Source of the DNA: Xanthobacteraceae bacterium
GTDB taxonomy: Bacteria; Pseudomonadota; Alphaproteobacteria; Rhizobiales; Xanthobacteraceae
NCBI GenBank assembly: GCA_022844485.1
Contig: JALHLQ010000003.1
Coordinates: 41,921-105,920, forward strand
Direction: 5' to 3'
DNA length: 64,000 nucleotides
The notes below the pieces were generated by a model that had not been told where the DNA came from, ran no database searches, and saw only the letters and a list, made by a program, of their open reading frames with translations. Made by a program: the position numbers and the translations under genes. Every line of letters begins with the position of its first letter. Position 1 is the stretch's first letter. Below, in pieces: positions 19,594-29,592 of this stretch.

Positions 19594-19740
19594 GATGCAT
19601 TGTGGTGCGACCATCGAACTGCCCCATCGGCTCCCGTCGTCGACGGCAGTGGAGTAACGGGATGAGCCTTCACGCGCCGGACTCCGGCTTGCGACGCACG
19701 CTTTATCTTATTCGGCGGGGATCAACGGACGGACCAACGC

Positions 19741-20640
19741 CTATTCAACAGGGAGGCGCGGGCGTCGGACCGGATCGGCGGGTGCGACGCTTTCGCCTGC
19801 AGCGCCGACAACCTTCTGCAGCCAAGGAAACCTGAACAGCGCATGCTGCACCGCGTGCCGCAGTTCCATCCGAAGGAGGGCGCGACGAAAACCGGCGCCT
19901 GGAGGAACGAAGATGCGCTTGCGGATCTGCGCGACGTAGGGGTGGGCTGCGAACCAGCGGCCCAGGAAGCTCGGCTGCCGGGCCGAAAAATTGCGGTGGT
20001 AGTACAGGTAGTCGTGGTCTTCCCGCTCCATCAGGAACTCCGGAACTTGAAGGATGTCCCCCCGGGTCAGAATCAGCGCCAAGACGACATAATCGAAGCC
20101 GTAGACATCGATGTCGTCGGGAAAGCTCTGTCTGAGAGGCTCGGTTCGAAACACCGAGTAGAGCCACGAGGCTTCCGACGGCCTTTCCAGGAACGAAACC
20201 AGCCGGTGGGGCATTGTACCTTTGAGGGGCGAAGTTCCGCGGGCCGACCGTCGTCGCCCCTCTGGCGAAATCATGACCACACCGGAAATGCTGCCGACCG
20301 CGTTAGGATTTCCGGCAAGCGAAGCGAGGTTCCGTTCGACGAATGTCGGGGACCACTGATCGTCATGGCAAGCCCACATGAAGAAAGGCGTAACGGCCTC
20401 ATTGAGGACGAAACGAAAGTTCCCGCAGATGCCGAGATTCTGCCGTTGCCTGAATACGGTGATCCGACTGTCTTGGGCCGCGAATTCCTGGCAAGCGTCG
20501 ACGGTGCGGTCGGTCGAGCAATTGTCAGATATGAGGATTCGGATGTCGCGATGAGTTTGCGCAATGAGCGAGGAAAGCGCAACGTGGATCTGCTTGGCGC
20601 CGTTCCGGACGGGCATGCCGATCGTGACTGCTTGACTCAT
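19741..20640 (-). CDS. GT2 family glycosyltransferase
   Basis: VTIGMPVRNG, ISDNCSTD, WACHDD motifs. Confidence 0.93.
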   Translation of the reverse strand: MSQAVTIGMPVRNGAKQIHVALSSLIAQTHRDIRILISDNCSTDRTVDACQEFAAQDSRITVFRQRQNLGICGNFRFVLNEAVTPFFMWACHDDQWSPTFVERNLASLAGNPNAVGSISGVVMISPEGRRRSARGTSPLKGTMPHRLVSFLERPSEASWLYSVFRTEPLRQSFPDDIDVYGFDYVVLALILTRGDILQVPEFLMEREDHDYLYYHRNFSARQPSFLGRWFAAHPYVAQIRKRIFVPPGAGFRRALLRMELRHAVQHALFRFPWLQKVVGAAGESVAPADPVRRPRLPVE

Positions 20641-20901
20641 GCACCGGTCTCATCCCGGAAGAACATCATCCGGGCTCTGCGCAACCGACGGAGCTCCTCC
20701 GATCTCAGGCTAACAGAAGGACAAGAATCGTGCAAAGCGCTCGCGCCCGGTTCCTCTCCTTCCGCCCTGCTGACGAGTAGTGCGCAAGCGACTGATTGTC
20801 GGTCACGCTCGAGCTTCCGGCCTTCCATGGTCGGAAGACGGTTGCTGAAGCCGTTCGAACGGAGACGTCGGGCGCCATGCTAGAGTCACAGAAGCATGCG
20901 T

Positions 20902-21164
20902 TATCCGACGTCCGCGCGGCCGCGCACAGCCTGAATGCGCTGCTGCTCGTCATCGGGTGGGGCCACACACCGGCGCCCACCATCGATGCCGGCCTTGCCA
21001 TGTCCGGTCCCGCTAAGTCGAAGCTCGCGGGATCGGTCTTGAACAAAGCCGCTGTCCAACTGCTGGATCGGGACGCAGCTCGGCGCGGATGGTTTGGCCG
21101 GAAGCGACGATATTCGGATCATGCCGGTGTCGCTGCAAGCGACCGGAAAGACGCCGGAGAGTGA
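20902..21164 (+). pseudogene. Duplicated 3' fragment of wzc
   Basis: Near-identical to the last ~87 codons of the CDS ending at 19337; no 5' part. Confidence 0.88.
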
Positions 21165-21165
21165 C

Positions 21166-22455
21166 ATGCGCAGACTTTCCCTGCTGTCCTGCTGGGTCCT
21201 GTGTGTTTTCATTGCAGCGCTGATGCCGACCGGCGCCGTGGCAAACTACAAGCTCGGTCCCGATGACCGGCTGATGGTGCGCGTTTCGGAATGGCCGGAT
21301 CTGACCGGCGAATTTTCCATCGGCGCCGATGGAAGAATTTCCCTCCCAATTGTCGGCGATGTCCCCGCATCGGGCCTGCAGCTCGGTGAACTTTCAAGCG
21401 CCATCGCCGAGGCGTTGCAGCAGCGGGCGAATTTGCGGACGTTGCCGAGCGTGATCTTAGAAATGAGACAATACCGGCCCTTCTACATCTTGGGCGACGT
21501 GCAGCGGCCGGGAGAATACCCGTTCCGACCAGGACTCACGGCGCTGCAGGCCGTGAGCATTGCGGGCGGCTATTTCCGATTCAGCGATCCCGGCCTGCTT
21601 CGGCTCGAACGCGACGTCTTGGCGGGTCGCGGTCAGCTTCGCGCGCTGGCGCTCAAGGCGGACCAGCTTGCGGCTCGTCGAGCGCGGCTGATCGCCGAGA
21701 TCGAGGATCGCGCAAGCATCGCCTTTCCGCCCGAACTCAGCGCGCGGCAATCCGAGACCGCGGTGGCTGAGCTTTTCCGAGAGCAGAATCTTTTGTTGGA
21801 AACCCACCGAAACGCGATCGCCGCCGCCAGCAAGAGCTTTCGTGAGCAGATCAAGCTTTTCGAAGACGAGATTGCCTCATTGAGGCTGCAGATCGAGACG
21901 GAGAAGCGTCAGCTGCGAGCCGTCCAGAAGGAAACGGACGATATGCAATCCCTTGCTTCGCGCGGGCTCGCGCAAACGTCCCGCCTGGTGCTGCTCGAGC
22001 GAACGGTGGCACAGATCATCGGGCAACAGCAGGCGCTGGAGACGACGATCGTGCGGGCGCGCCAGAACATCAGCCAGACGGAGCAGAAGATCAACGATTT
22101 GCGCAGCACGCGTCGCCAGGCGGCCACCGCGGAGTTGGAAAAGACCAATGCTGAATTGAATGACACGCATCAGCAGATTGCCACGGCGGAACAGTTGCTC
22201 GTCGAAGCCGAAGTGACGGCTCCGACCGCCATCGCCGAGCGCTTGCGGAACACGCAGCGGGAGGCAAAAATCTTCGTCACACGAAAGGCGGGAGTCGCAT
22301 CGCAAAGCATCGAAGTGGACGGCTCGGCGTTGGTTGAGCCAGGCGACGTCGTTCGTGTCGACCTTCAGCCCTTGCCGCAGCGGCCGGCCGTACAGAGCTC
22401 GAACGCGCGCCCGTTGTCGGTCACCTCGACGACCGACAGACCCTCGCTGCAATGA
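21166..22455 (+). CDS. Polysaccharide export protein (Wza/ExoF-type, SLBB domain plus coiled coil)
   Basis: YKLGPDDRL, DGRISLPIVG, RPFYILGDVQRPGEYPFRPGLT, VEPGDVVRV. Confidence 0.93.
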   Translation: MRRLSLLSCWVLCVFIAALMPTGAVANYKLGPDDRLMVRVSEWPDLTGEFSIGADGRISLPIVGDVPASGLQLGELSSAIAEALQQRANLRTLPSVILEMRQYRPFYILGDVQRPGEYPFRPGLTALQAVSIAGGYFRFSDPGLLRLERDVLAGRGQLRALALKADQLAARRARLIAEIEDRASIAFPPELSARQSETAVAELFREQNLLLETHRNAIAAASKSFREQIKLFEDEIASLRLQIETEKRQLRAVQKETDDMQSLASRGLAQTSRLVLLERTVAQIIGQQQALETTIVRARQNISQTEQKINDLRSTRRQAATAELEKTNAELNDTHQQIATAEQLLVEAEVTAPTAIAERLRNTQREAKIFVTRKAGVASQSIEVDGSALVEPGDVVRVDLQPLPQRPAVQSSNARPLSVTSTTDRPSLQ

Positions 22456-22466
22456 CGGCGTCGAAA

Positions 22467-23231
22467 TCAGGATGAAGGACCCTTCCGGCTGACGCGTTCT
22501 TTCATCAAGGCGAGCGCTACCATCAGCGCGTCGATGGTATAACGGCGCCACAAACGCGAAGGCTCGTTGCCCAGGCGGTAGAGCCACTCGAGCCTCGTTT
22601 TGCGAACCCACGCCGGAGCACGCGGGACGGCGCCGGCGACGAAATCGAAAAGCGCGCCGACGCCGATCAGCAGCGGGGCCTGCAGGCGCGCGGCGTGCCG
22701 CAGGATCCAAAGCTCCTGCTTCGGATTGCCAAGCGCGACGAGAACAATGTCCGCGCCGGATTCGTTGATGCGGTCCACTAACTCGGTGGCGAGCGTATCG
22801 GCGATGTAGCCGTGACTGGTCCCGGCTATTCGGACCCGATATTGTGCCGCGAAGGTCGAAGCCGCTTTGGTGACGACCTCGGGCTTTGCTCCGAACAGAA
22901 ACACTTTTGTATGCGGCGGAACGGCGGCGAGGAGCGCGGCCGTGAAGTCGGTTCCGTTGAGATTTTCCGGAAAACGGGCGCCGTGGATCGCCTTTGATAC
23001 GAGATCCAGTCCGACCCCGTCGTTGAAGATGACGAAGTGACGCGAGAGTTCGGCGGCCAAGCCGAGCCGATGGGCCACGCTCAACAGGTTCAGATTGGCG
23101 AAAGCCACGGCGGTCTTCTCCCGCTTCGCCAAGCGTGTCAACAAATATGCCAGCGCGTCCGCGCGCGAGGCTGATGCGACTGCGACGCCGAGAAATTGCC
23201 GCACCGGAAAGCGGGGGTCAGGGGAGAGCAC
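22467..23231 (-). CDS. WecB/TagA/CpsF (GT26) glycosyltransferase
   Basis: NLNGTDF, LVALGNPKQE, GVGALFDF, LEWLYRL..EPSRLWRRY. Confidence 0.94.
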   Translation of the reverse strand: MLSPDPRFPVRQFLGVAVASASRADALAYLLTRLAKREKTAVAFANLNLLSVAHRLGLAAELSRHFVIFNDGVGLDLVSKAIHGARFPENLNGTDFTAALLAAVPPHTKVFLFGAKPEVVTKAASTFAAQYRVRIAGTSHGYIADTLATELVDRINESGADIVLVALGNPKQELWILRHAARLQAPLLIGVGALFDFVAGAVPRAPAWVRKTRLEWLYRLGNEPSRLWRRYTIDALMVALALMKERVSRKGPSS

Positions 23232-24387
23232 GAATCGTTTTCTCGTAACATGCCTCGATCAGCGCTTCGCCGCTGGCCCAGCTCTGGGCATGGGCATAGC
23301 GCGCGGCCGTTTCGCGATCTTGGCTTGTGATCGACTCTCGCCACTCCAGAAACTGCCGGGCTGCGTGTTCCGGCTTGCGGAAATCGACGAGCAGACCGCT
23401 GCGGGAAAGCGTGACCGTTTCGCGGAACGCGGCGTTGTCGTGCACCACCGGCAGCAAGCCGACCGACATGCCTTCCACAATCGACAATCCGTACCCCTCG
23501 TATTCGGAGGCAGATACGATAAAGCCGCTGTCGCGCAGGATGGGCTCGAGTTCTTCACGGGAGAGATAGCCGTGAAAGCGGACGATGCTCAGCACCGTGC
23601 CTTCGAGCGAACGGCTCAAGCCGGGCCAGCGACCATCGGGATCGCTGCCCACGATATGTAATCGGCAGCGCGGATCGCGCGCGGCTACCGTGGCGGCAAA
23701 CTGCAGTAAATCCTCCAGCCGCTTGTTCTCGGCGATCCGTCCGATATAGAGCAGATTCCGGCCCTCGGAGATGAAAGTCCCGAGCGGAACGATGGGGTTT
23801 CGGAGAAGAACAGGTTCCAGCCCGATGCTCCGCACGATCCGCCGGTCGTTCTCGCTGACGGCAAAGATCGCCGCGCTTTGACCGAGGCTGCGGCGTGTGA
23901 GGGCCCGCAGGTAAATGCGTTTGACCGTTCGGAATCGGCTGGTGTGGAAAAAAAGGCCATGCGTCGTCACCACGAAGGCAAACCCGAACAGGCGCCTGAA
24001 CACCGCGATCAAGTCGAGAAGCTGATCGGTTCCATGCACGTGCAGGATGGCGAAGCGCCGCAGAAGGCGCGGCGAAAGGAAGGGAATAAAGAAGCGCCGG
24101 GAACCTACAAAGCCGATTCGGATTATTAGTACTCTGCCTTGCCGTTCGAGTGCGGGAAGTCGCCTGCGTGAGCCGAAAACCCGGTTGAGCGTTAAAATGT
24201 ACACGCGGTCTCGTCGGGTTTGCCGTGTCGCGAGCTCATGCACATAGGCTTCCAGCCCTCCGATGGACGGAAAGTACTGCCTGACGACATGCGCGACTTT
24301 GCGCCGAAACCTCGCTGCGTCGGACCCCGCTTCGTCTGCCTGAGGACCGCCTGCCGCGGTTTCAGAAAGCGATGACAGAGACTGCAC
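23218..24387 (-). CDS. GT4 family glycosyltransferase
   Basis: IGGLE, YIGRIAENKR, SEYEGYGLSIVEGMSVG (EX7E). Confidence 0.92.
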   Translation of the reverse strand: MQSLSSLSETAAGGPQADEAGSDAARFRRKVAHVVRQYFPSIGGLEAYVHELATRQTRRDRVYILTLNRVFGSRRRLPALERQGRVLIIRIGFVGSRRFFIPFLSPRLLRRFAILHVHGTDQLLDLIAVFRRLFGFAFVVTTHGLFFHTSRFRTVKRIYLRALTRRSLGQSAAIFAVSENDRRIVRSIGLEPVLLRNPIVPLGTFISEGRNLLYIGRIAENKRLEDLLQFAATVAARDPRCRLHIVGSDPDGRWPGLSRSLEGTVLSIVRFHGYLSREELEPILRDSGFIVSASEYEGYGLSIVEGMSVGLLPVVHDNAAFRETVTLSRSGLLVDFRKPEHAARQFLEWRESITSQDRETAARYAHAQSWASGEALIEACYEKTIRALP

Positions 24388-24492
24388 GAGAGCGCCCTTG
24401 CAAATTCCAGCCCCGGTTGATCGACAGAGACAAAACTAGAGGACGCTGCCGGTTCCCACAACAGTGCGCCGCGTCGCACGGAAGCGCTTCAC

Positions 24493-26064
24493 TTGCAAAA
24501 TACCGCACAACCTGTCTTTCAAGACGGCGCGGAGGCTCAGTCGTTGACTGAACCTGAAAATCGGCCCGTAGACAGTCTACGCTCTCGCGCAATCAGCGGC
24601 GCCATCTATATGAGCTTGGGACAGTTGTCTAAAGCTGTCCTGCACTTTGCGTCGATTGTTATTTTGGCGCGACTGTTGACACCGGCGGACTTCGGCGTCT
24701 TCGCGATGGCCGCGCCGGTTCTCGTCCTTGCCACCTTCCTCGGCGAAGCCGGGCTGGGGGCGGCCGTCATTCAGCGGAGTTCGCTCAACACCGCGGAACT
24801 CAACACGATCTTCTGGGTCAACGCTGGCTTGGGCATACTGGCCGCTCTCATCCTTGTCGCTGTCGCGCCGAGCATCGCGTCGTTTTACCGGGAAGAGCGG
24901 GTGGAAGCCATGATCGCGGCCAGCGGCGTCATTGTGATGCTCGTCGCCCTCTCTGCTTCGCATTTGGCGCTCCTGAACCGCAAGATGCATTACCGGAGCA
25001 TCGCGCTGATCGACGCGCTCTCTCTGTTGGTCGGGACGGCGCTCGCGGTCGGCGTCGCAATCGTCTGGCGCACCTACTGGGCGCTTTGGCTGCTGCCCTT
25101 TGGGACGCATCTGTCTACCCTGGCGCTCGGCTATTGGCACTCGCAGTGGCGCCCAGGGCGATGGGCCACCCTGTTGGAGGTTCGCGATATGCTGCATTTC
25201 GGAAAGAACGTTTTGGCAGCGCGCCTGGCGGATTATCTCTGCCGGAACGTGGACAAGGTTCTGATCGGCCGAGGCTGGGGAACCGTTGAGCTCGGCCTCT
25301 ATGATCGCGCCTACAAGATCGTTCTTCTCCCGCTTCTTTTCGTCAATGTCCCGCTCGAGCGGCTGACCTTGCCCATGTTGTCTGGGACGCGCGACGATCC
25401 TGACAAGTATCGGCGAATCTATTCGACGGGGCTGCAGTTCGCGCTGCTTGTGACGATGCCGCTGATCATGGTCGTCATCGTCGCGCCCGAGCCTGTGGTG
25501 GCTGTCATCCTCGGCCGCGATTGGCTCGCGAGCTCTCCCATGTTCCGGTGGCTCGCGGTTGCATGCTTGTTGCAGCTCGCAGGTCATACGTTGAGCCAGC
25601 TCCTCATAAGCCAGGCGCGAACGCGGGAAATGGCGTTTGCGACCGTGGTCAGCAGTCTCTACACGTCGCTTGCATTCCTTGCCGGCCTGCCTTGGGGTGC
25701 CACCGGAGTAGCCGCCGCATACGCGTTGAGCGAGATTCTGCGGACCCCCGTGCTGTTTTGGTGGGTAAGCCGAAGAGGACCGGTCCGGATTTCCGATCAG
25801 GTCCGCTCGGTGTTGCCCTTTTTGATCAGCGCGGCGCTCTGCGTGCCCGTTATTATGGCGCTTCAGTCACCGCTCGGCTTTTCACCTTTGTTGTTCACCG
25901 GCGCTGCGTCTTTGGCTGCTTTCATCACGACTTTTTTTGGACTGGTGCTCACGCCGTCCGGGCGCAACTGTCTGCGTGAAGGCTACCAGATGGCCCGCTC
26001 CGCACTCTCGTCGACGAATCCGGCCGCTGGCGGGGATGTGAGCCCGCTCGCCACCCTCGAGTAA
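24493..26064 (+). CDS. WzxC-type polysaccharide flippase
   Basis: ILARLLTPADFG, NVDKVLIG...LGLYDRAY, about 12 TMs. Confidence 0.92.
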   Translation: MQNTAQPVFQDGAEAQSLTEPENRPVDSLRSRAISGAIYMSLGQLSKAVLHFASIVILARLLTPADFGVFAMAAPVLVLATFLGEAGLGAAVIQRSSLNTAELNTIFWVNAGLGILAALILVAVAPSIASFYREERVEAMIAASGVIVMLVALSASHLALLNRKMHYRSIALIDALSLLVGTALAVGVAIVWRTYWALWLLPFGTHLSTLALGYWHSQWRPGRWATLLEVRDMLHFGKNVLAARLADYLCRNVDKVLIGRGWGTVELGLYDRAYKIVLLPLLFVNVPLERLTLPMLSGTRDDPDKYRRIYSTGLQFALLVTMPLIMVVIVAPEPVVAVILGRDWLASSPMFRWLAVACLLQLAGHTLSQLLISQARTREMAFATVVSSLYTSLAFLAGLPWGATGVAAAYALSEILRTPVLFWWVSRRGPVRISDQVRSVLPFLISAALCVPVIMALQSPLGFSPLLFTGAASLAAFITTFFGLVLTPSGRNCLREGYQMARSALSSTNPAAGGDVSPLATLE

Positions 26065-26233
26065 GTTGCATGCACAGCAAAGGCCCTCGGCATCGAGCCC
26101 AAACCCGATGCTGGCGCTTGCCGCAGTTTGGAGATTTCGCGCGTTCGTTCGGCGTTTGTTGTTGCACAATGCCGGTGGAGCGCTACCCTTTGGCGATAGC
26201 CCAGTTTCCCCGATTTCCTGCCTAGAGCCTCAC

Positions 26234-27751
26234 ATGCGGCTCACCCAGTGCGACCACATCGTGGTTCTGGTTCCCCCTGATCGGGTTCGAAAATGGGCGC
26301 TGACCCTTGCCGAGATTTTGCGCTCGAAGGTGCGTCTGCCCGTAACCTTGTTGCGGCAGACCGGAATGGCAGATCCCAAGCCCCTGCCATGCGAAGCGCT
26401 TGAACGCCGCTTGTTTCCGCTCCCCCGCCCCGATCATACCGTCTGGATGTCCACGAGGGGCCTTGCGGAAGCCGACGACAGATCGCTGCAGCAAACCCTC
26501 GTCGTCAACCTGACCGAGCTTGCCCCAAGCGACATATTGCCCCGCGGCCCGGCTGTCGTAGTGACGCCGGCGTTCAACGGAAAGTACTCTGCGGACGCGT
26601 TGATCGGCTCCCTTCACAATCATGAAATGCCCCACCTCAGCCTTTCCGCAGTGACAACCGACACCACCCAGCTGCTGCACGGCGCCAACCTCACCATGCA
26701 CGACCGGAACCTGATCCTTCCTGTGCTGAACGCCGTTCTTGCTCGCGCGATCACAGTCATAACGCAGGCGGTGGGCCATCTCACAAAAGGCACGCCGCTG
26801 CCGGAACCGAGCTGCGCGACCTTGGACGCGGGCCGTCCCGCGAACCTGCACTTCTGGTTTCGCCGTGCCTCCAGAATCTATCCCCGCATGGCCCTGCATC
26901 GCTTGGTCCGGCACGTCCTGCATACCGGCGACTGGTGCATCGCCTACCGGCGGGCTGACCGCGCCGAGCCTCCGGATCTCGACCTGACGCCGCGGACATT
27001 TTCAGTGATCCCATCCGCCTATGATCGGTTCTATGCCGACCCCATGTTGTTCCACCACGACGGAGAAACGACGCTGTTCTTCGAGGATTACGACTACGGC
27101 ACAGGCCGCGGACGGATTTCTTGTGCCGCCGTGTCAGAGGGCGGGAGGGTCGGCGAGCCGCGCGAAGCACTCTCGCGTCCCTATCATCTGTCCTATCCCT
27201 TTGTGTTCTCGCACGGCGGTGCGATCTTCATGGTCCCGGAGACAAGCGCGAACCGCACGGTGGAACTCTATCAGGCCGAAGCTTTTCCCGACCGCTGGAC
27301 GCTGCGCGCCATTCTGATGGACGAGATCGAAGTTGCGGACGCCACGCCCTTCTTTGACGAGAACACCGGTTTGTGGTGGCTGTTCGGCACGGTCACCGAG
27401 TTTGGAAGCTCCTCCTACGACAGCCTGTCGATATTCTTCAGCGAGAATCTCGAAGGACCTTGGCGTCCGCATGTGATGAATCCCGTCAAGTTCGATCCCT
27501 TCTCGTCGCGGCCGGCAGGACCCCTCATCAGACAGGACGGGCGTTTGCTTCGGCCCGCCCAGGATTCCTCGCGCGGCTATGGCAGTGGACTGGCGTGGTG
27601 CGAGATCAGGGAACTGACTCCGACCTCGTTTCGCGAAGAGGTGGTTGCGCGTCATATCCCAAGCTCCGGATATCGAGGCCTTCACACCTATACGCGCGGG
27701 GGCGGGTTTGAGGCGGTCGACTTCCAGCGGCGTCGCTGGCGCCATATATGA
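26234..27751 (+). CDS. Protein with C-terminal GH43-like / GINT1-N-type beta-propeller
   Basis: FYADPMLF...LFFEDY, HLSYPFVF, MVPET, RPAG..RPAQD motifs; start could be upstream (ORF opens at 26066). Confidence 0.75.
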   Translation: MRLTQCDHIVVLVPPDRVRKWALTLAEILRSKVRLPVTLLRQTGMADPKPLPCEALERRLFPLPRPDHTVWMSTRGLAEADDRSLQQTLVVNLTELAPSDILPRGPAVVVTPAFNGKYSADALIGSLHNHEMPHLSLSAVTTDTTQLLHGANLTMHDRNLILPVLNAVLARAITVITQAVGHLTKGTPLPEPSCATLDAGRPANLHFWFRRASRIYPRMALHRLVRHVLHTGDWCIAYRRADRAEPPDLDLTPRTFSVIPSAYDRFYADPMLFHHDGETTLFFEDYDYGTGRGRISCAAVSEGGRVGEPREALSRPYHLSYPFVFSHGGAIFMVPETSANRTVELYQAEAFPDRWTLRAILMDEIEVADATPFFDENTGLWWLFGTVTEFGSSSYDSLSIFFSENLEGPWRPHVMNPVKFDPFSSRPAGPLIRQDGRLLRPAQDSSRGYGSGLAWCEIRELTPTSFREEVVARHIPSSGYRGLHTYTRGGGFEAVDFQRRRWRHI

Positions 27752-27781
27752 CGGCAGAGATCTCCCAGGGAGCAGCGCAGC

Positions 27782-28978
27782 GTGCCTTTCGAAAAGCCCC
27801 TCGGCGTCGCTCACGTTCACACCGTTGTGGCTGGTACAGGCGGCGATCGGGTCAGTGAACTCGAAGCACGTTACCTCGCCAAGAATGGGCACAGGGTTAC
27901 GGTTGTGAGCCCGGTCGCTCCCGAAATCGCCGCGAGGATGCGCGCTGGCGGAATCGCGATCTACGACAAGGCTCCCGCCCAACGCTCGGCGGGGGAAACG
28001 ATCCGCGCCTTGGGCGAACTCGATGTTGTTCACTGTCACTGCATGGTGAGCGCGCCGTTCGCGGCCGAGCTGGCCCGCTCGTCCGGTGCGGCGCTTGTCC
28101 TGCACAATCACAGCATGGGCGAGGAATGGTGGGAGTGCGCAAGCTGGCGATCGTGGCTTCGGCCGGCGCGGCGAGAGCGGCGCAAGCAAATCGATGCCGC
28201 CGTGCAGCAGGCTCACCGCATTCTCTGCGTCAGCGAACCCGTCGTTGCACACATGCGAGACCTCGGGTTGCGGACCGACCAAACCTTGATCGTTCCCAAC
28301 CCGATACCTGATGAATATTTTGGCGGCACGAGTGAAGGAAGTGAACGCTACGACGTCTGCGTCATCGCCCGTGCAAGCCGCCCGAAGCGACCGTTCACGA
28401 CATTGCGCATTTTGGCGCAAGCGAAAAGGATCAGCCCCGGACTTCGCGTCGTTTGGGTCGGCAAGCTCGGCCACTGGAGCGTGCCGGTCAAGACGACAGC
28501 CGCGCTCTTTGGCTTGCGCAGCATCGATTTCCGCGGCGTCGAACCCCCTGCTGCCGTGCGTTCGATCCTCGACTCCTCGCGCGTGCTCTTGACCGCCAGC
28601 CAGCGCGAAGGTCAGCCTCTCGCCGTGCTTGAGGCTCTGGCGCGAGGTTGCGACGTCATCTTGTCGGACATTCTTGCGCATCGCGCGTCCTTCTCCGCGA
28701 TCGAGGGCGCATCGTTTTTTTCAGATGACGACATCGAAGCGGCCAGCCGCTTGCTCGTCACGGCCGTGAAGAGCCACGCCCGCAATCCGCGGCCATGGCT
28801 TGCGGCCAAGCACGGTCTGCATGTCCACGGCAGGCAGATCGAACAAGCCTATGGCGAGGCGCTCTCGGTGCGGGATGGATCGGCTATTTCAAGGATCATG
28901 CGCCCGCCCATGGCCGGCGGCGCCAGCGGCGGTTCGGCGGCGCAAGATGAAGCCTGCGCAGCTGGCGCCTCTCGATGA
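27782..28978 (+). CDS. GT4 family glycosyltransferase
   Basis: DVVHCH, VPNPI, SQREGQPLAVLEALARG (EX7E). Confidence 0.9.
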   Translation: MPFEKPLGVAHVHTVVAGTGGDRVSELEARYLAKNGHRVTVVSPVAPEIAARMRAGGIAIYDKAPAQRSAGETIRALGELDVVHCHCMVSAPFAAELARSSGAALVLHNHSMGEEWWECASWRSWLRPARRERRKQIDAAVQQAHRILCVSEPVVAHMRDLGLRTDQTLIVPNPIPDEYFGGTSEGSERYDVCVIARASRPKRPFTTLRILAQAKRISPGLRVVWVGKLGHWSVPVKTTAALFGLRSIDFRGVEPPAAVRSILDSSRVLLTASQREGQPLAVLEALARGCDVILSDILAHRASFSAIEGASFFSDDDIEAASRLLVTAVKSHARNPRPWLAAKHGLHVHGRQIEQAYGEALSVRDGSAISRIMRPPMAGGASGGSAAQDEACAAGASR

Positions 28979-28983
28979 GTCGA

Positions 28984-29259
28984 TCAGCGGGGCGCTGGCC
29001 GCGCCGACTTCGAAGGATGCCGCGCTCGCGACGCCAAGAGCGCGCTGGAGAACATGCCAGCGAGATAGCCCAGCTGAACGGCGAGGATCGCCCCGCCCCC
29101 CACCCACGCCGCCGTTGCCAAGTCGCCGAGGAGAAAGGCCACCCCCGCTTCGACACCCACGAGAGCAAAGACGGGGACAAGAATATGAACCCGAAATCTC
29201 AACCCGAGCAGGGTGCCGAGCACGAAGTGAACAATGGAGTTTGCCGCCACGATTTCCAT
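28984..29259 (-). CDS. Small hydrophobic membrane protein, possible ExoX/SyrA-like EPS regulator
   Basis: 91 aa, three hydrophobic stretches, LGLRFRV and VQLGYLAG motifs; regulator role is inference. Confidence 0.6.
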   Translation of the reverse strand: MEIVAANSIVHFVLGTLLGLRFRVHILVPVFALVGVEAGVAFLLGDLATAAWVGGGAILAVQLGYLAGMFSSALLASRARHPSKSARPAPR

Positions 29260-29592
29260 ATCGGCCCCGGAGTGCGCGTCGCGACTCCAACCTCAATCCC
29301 GCCGGAATTAAGACCCGGCCGAATCTTCGATCGGACTGTCCCGGTCAAACTGACACAATCGCACCGGCCTGTCAGGTCGTGCAAATTGCCGAGTCGGGTT
29401 TGTACGCTGGAAATTGCCACGGCCATGGCTCGGCGCGCCGTGACTGCAGCGCAGCCGGCATAGCTTTGCTTGCGGCGAGGTGTTCAGGGCTGACGATGCT
29501 GACGCGCCGCAAGGTCGAGGTGCGGTTGACACCCGCTATCACGAGTGGACCGGTGGCAACGCCGATTGTCCGGGCACGGCAACATGCGGCGC

